DNA of 64,000 nt, taken from assembly GCA_043228905.1 (NCBI GenBank), contig JBHGNT010000002.1:24986001-25050000 (forward strand). The letters run 5' to 3'. This DNA comes from Azolla caroliniana (Eukaryota > Plantae > Polypodiophyta). A model generated the notes under the pieces. It worked only from the letters and a program-made list of their open reading frames with translations. It ran no database searches and had not been told where the DNA came from. The stretch's first letter is position 1. Each line of letters begins with the position of its first letter. Below, piece after piece: positions 61,201 to 64,000 of this stretch. The translations under genes were made by a program, and so were the position numbers.

Positions 61201-61532
61201 ACAGGCGTTCCTCGAAGCAGCGCGAGCCTCCCGAAAACCTGCAGAGAAGAGCAATGGAGAACGAACAGAGGAGAAGCGTTCGGTTTCGGTCCGACAACAC
61301 TTCGTCCTCCTCAGAAAAATAAATGCCCCCCTTCTCCCCGTGTCTCCCTCTCTTTTATAGCTTCAAGAAGGGAGTCGTTTCCCTCATTAACTTCCTACCT
61401 ACCGAATCTAACTACTTAGGATATACCTTTGTACCTAATTCTCTATTATATACATTAAAGGGCGTGCACGCGTGAAGAGCCGGTTCACGTGCTATGCACC
61501 GATTGCGCTAAGGGACGGTTTTCTTCACGACA
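50609..61532 (-). mobile_element. Ty3/gypsy non-chromovirus 'element X' (gag-PR-RT-RH-IN), decayed; tRNA-Trp PBS
   Basis: 5' LTR 60906-61532; 3' LTR 50609-51174 plus 55365-55427; 4-bp TSD ACGT. PBS TGGTGAACCCGAC and PPT GGGGTTAGGTGGGGGCGGA. Gag from 60888, PR ALVDHGSEIN, RT (PYSNWWFTVPKKNGTLRF; catalytic DD region deleted), RH (YITVDTS..GYAQVKRELWG), IN (H..YWWPGLY..C..C; TTAYNPEANG). Confidence 0.93.
51175..55360 (+). mobile_element. Non-autonomous gag-only LTR element 'Y' inserted in the 3' LTR of element X
   Basis: LTRs at 51175-51945 and 54609-55360 (the latter 5'-clipped); 4-bp TSD ACGC. PBS TGGTGAACCCGACGTGAA at 51950-51967. A gag-like frame at 51983-53248 with three stops is homologous to X gag (VLLFVRSID vs VLLFVKSVD); no pol motifs. 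Confidence 0.9.
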
Positions 61533-62176
61533 ACGTAAACATCGTGTGTACTCTCTATTGTTCGTGTGTGTACGTGCGTTCACTCCCTACCTCCCATTTC
61601 TGTGTTTGCTCATTGAACTTATTCAAGACTTGGTTGTGGCCGAGCAATATTCCGCGCTATTCTCTTCAAACTAGTATCAAAGTGAACAACACAGGGAATG
61701 GAAGAATCGTTGGGCGGCATGTTCAAGCTCACCGGCTCCAACTACTCAGTGTGGAAGTCGAAGATGAGGGATATGTTGGTGGTTAAAGATCTTTGGTTGC
61801 CGGTTCAATTTAGGGACAAGAGATCGGACAAGATCGACACCACAGTGTGGGAGGTGATGCACATGAAGACTACGGCATTCATTCGGTGCTTCATCGACAT
61901 GAGTCTGTACAACAACTTCGATGAAGAGAGCAAGGCTCACAAACTCTGGGAGAAGATTGGCATCATGTTCCAGAACAAGAATGTCGTTAATAGGGTTTCG
62001 GTATTCCAGAAGCTAGTGAGGCTCTGGTACCAAGACGGCTCCAGTATGGCGAAGCACATGAATGCCTTCGAGGGGCTAATACACCAAGCAACCTCGTTGG
62101 AAGTACCTCTCGCCGATGAGGTACTCACATTACTCTTGCTCGGTTCCTTCCCGGATAGTTGGGAGACGCTAGTTGT

Positions 62177-62818
62177 TGTTGGGAGACAAGTCCCTCCGGA
62201 TGGGAAGGGAGAAGAACAGTGTTGATGAGCAAACTCGGCCGAGGCCGGAACCGGATGAGGAGTACGGAGAGCCGGATGGTGAAGACCCGGTGAGAACCGG
62301 ATGAGGAGTACCCGGCTACGGAGAGCCGGATGGTGAAGACCCAGTGAGGAGTGCTCACCGGATGAAGAGACATATTTGTAAATATGTTTTTGAGAGTCCA
62401 TCGAGGCTATATTTGTAAATAGCCGAAAAGTCATATTAGTATAAATATGACTTAGGGCAAACTTTTGTTGTGTGTTGTTATTCTTGTTGGTGCAAGAAGA
62501 GAGAGAGTGTGTAACTATGTACAGAGAGAGAGAGAGAGAGAGAAAGAGGTCGTTGCCTCTGTTGAAACCGCCGCATGTGGCGAAGATCGTGAGCACGAGG
62601 TTGTTGCCTCCTTGAACTCATTGTTGTACATTCTAACATAGTGATAGTTTGCAGCCTGTGGGCTGCCGTGGTTTTTTCCCTAGTTTGGGGTTTTCCACGT
62701 AAACATCCTGTGTACTCTTCTCTTCTTTGTGTCGTGCATTTATTTCCTGTTTTCTATGTATGATTCTAAGCTCGGTTGTGGTCGAGCGTTGCGCATAAGG
62801 AACAAGTAGTTTCCGTCA
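62177..62818 (+). mobile_element. Solo copia-type LTR inserted in Copia C gag
   Basis: TGTTGGGA...CCGTCA termini with 5-bp TSD GTTGT. The gag frame SWETLVV|TFGNARPEGKQLSL resumes after it. Sequence is related to the Copia C LTR and has internal ccggatggtgaagaccc repeats. Confidence 0.9.
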
Positions 62819-64000
62819 GTTGTCACGTTCGGCAATGCCAGGCCGGAAGGAAAACAGTTGTCCCTAGCAAGAGTCAAGCCAAGCTTGCTAGATGAAGAAG
62901 CTCGCCGGAAAGACCGAGAGTCCAGAACCGATCCGAAGGCCTTGGTCACGGAAGATGAACACAACCGGGGAAGAGGCCGGCATTGGAGTCCTCAAAATCG
63001 GGACAAATCGGGGACGAGGTCGAAGTCAAAGGGGAGGCCCACGTGCTTCTATTGCGGGAAGTTGGGACACTTCCAGAAGAACTGTCGGCACTTCCAAAAA
63101 GAGAAAGAAACCGGCACTACCGATTCAAAGAAGAGTTCGGACCGGAGAGGCCCGGATCAGAAAGGAACACCGGCAATCGCGACAAGTGAAGAAGAACTGA
63201 TGCTCATTACCGAGGAGAATGAGTTAAATCTTGTCGGCGACGAGACAACGTGGGTTGTCTATTCCGGAGCATCGTTCCATTTGACACACGGACCGGAGAT
63301 GCTTCTCATCCTACACAACCGGAGATCATGGTTGTGTCCGGATGGGGAATGAAGGTACATGCCGAATTGTCGGCATAGGAGATGTGTTGGTGACGACATC
63401 AACCAGATGCAAGTTGTTGCTGAAGGATGTCCGACACGTTCCGAAGGTTCGACTGAACCTGATATCAGCCGGTCGGCTAGATGATGAAGGCTACACGGGT
63501 AGCATCCGAAACGGAGTTATGAAGTTCAGCAAAGGAAGCCTAATTGTGGCACGAGCCTGGAAGATCAACACGATATATCTTATACATGCCCGGATATGCC
63601 GGGAATAAGTGAACATAGGATCTGACACTACCGGTGAGTTGTGGCACAAGAGGTTGTGTCACATGAGTGAGAAGGGGATGAAGAGACTTGTCGAAGACAA
63701 TCTCATTCCGATGAAGGACGTGCAACTTGAGAAGTGCACCGATTGCTTGGCCGGCAAGAAAAACCGAACCTCCTTCCATTCAAGACCACCGATGAGACGG
63801 AATGCACCACTGGAGCTGGTGCATACCGATGTGTGTCAAGTGGACACAAAGTCACATGTCGGATTGCAGTACTTTGTGACATTCATAGATGACCACAACC
63901 AGAAGTTGTGGGTCTCATCGTTGAGCCCGTCTTCAAGGAATTCCATGTGAGAGTGGAAAGAGAAACAGGCCAGAAGCTGAAGGCGGTTCGAGCGGACAAT

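Larger units (their letters stand above)
50201..64000 (+). mobile_element. Ty1/copia (Tnt1/Tork-like) 'Copia C'; 5' LTR split by a gypsy element, runs off the window
   Basis: LTR is 50201-50608 plus 61537-~61668; PBS TAGTATCAAAG at 61672. Gag starts at 61698 (KLTGSNYSVWKSKMRDML; CFYCGKLGHFQKNC), followed by PR (WVVYSGASFH), LWHKRLCHMSEKG and IN (LELVHTDVC). Confidence 0.88.

Noticed and set aside
50201-62818. Single element bounded by the two related LTRs with GTTGT flanks
   Set aside because: The LTRs are clearly divergent, the second has its own TSD on both sides, and the gag frame continues across it.

Overview
Eukaryotic land-plant nuclear DNA; the gene structures and TE lineages suggest a seed-free plant such as a fern (inference). 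The left two-thirds (1-41 kb) holds five intron-containing genes: the last exon of a SIP aquaporin (+), an F-box/LRR gene (-, 2 exons), a P-class PPR gene (+), CNOT11 (+, 12 exons) and a probably GPI-anchored A1 aspartyl protease (+, 10 exons). Intron 4 of the protease is 13.5 kb long and holds a pol-deleted chromovirus and a young Copia. A hAT element, a MULE MITE and SINEs lie between or inside these genes. From 41 to 64 kb is a stack of nested LTR retrotransposons, most of whose boundaries could be fixed by target-site duplications (TSDs). Highlights: (i) a Gag+chromodomain-only element with a Tf1-type self-priming signature; (ii) a tRNA-Trp-primed Ty3/gypsy group with 4-bp TSDs, including a gag-pol element and a gag-only partner inserted in its LTR; (iii) an in-frame 87-bp duplication of a CNOT11 splice acceptor; (iv) a Copia with a long extra C-terminal extension between two PPT-like motifs. 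All coordinates and alignments were read by eye; no searches were run.
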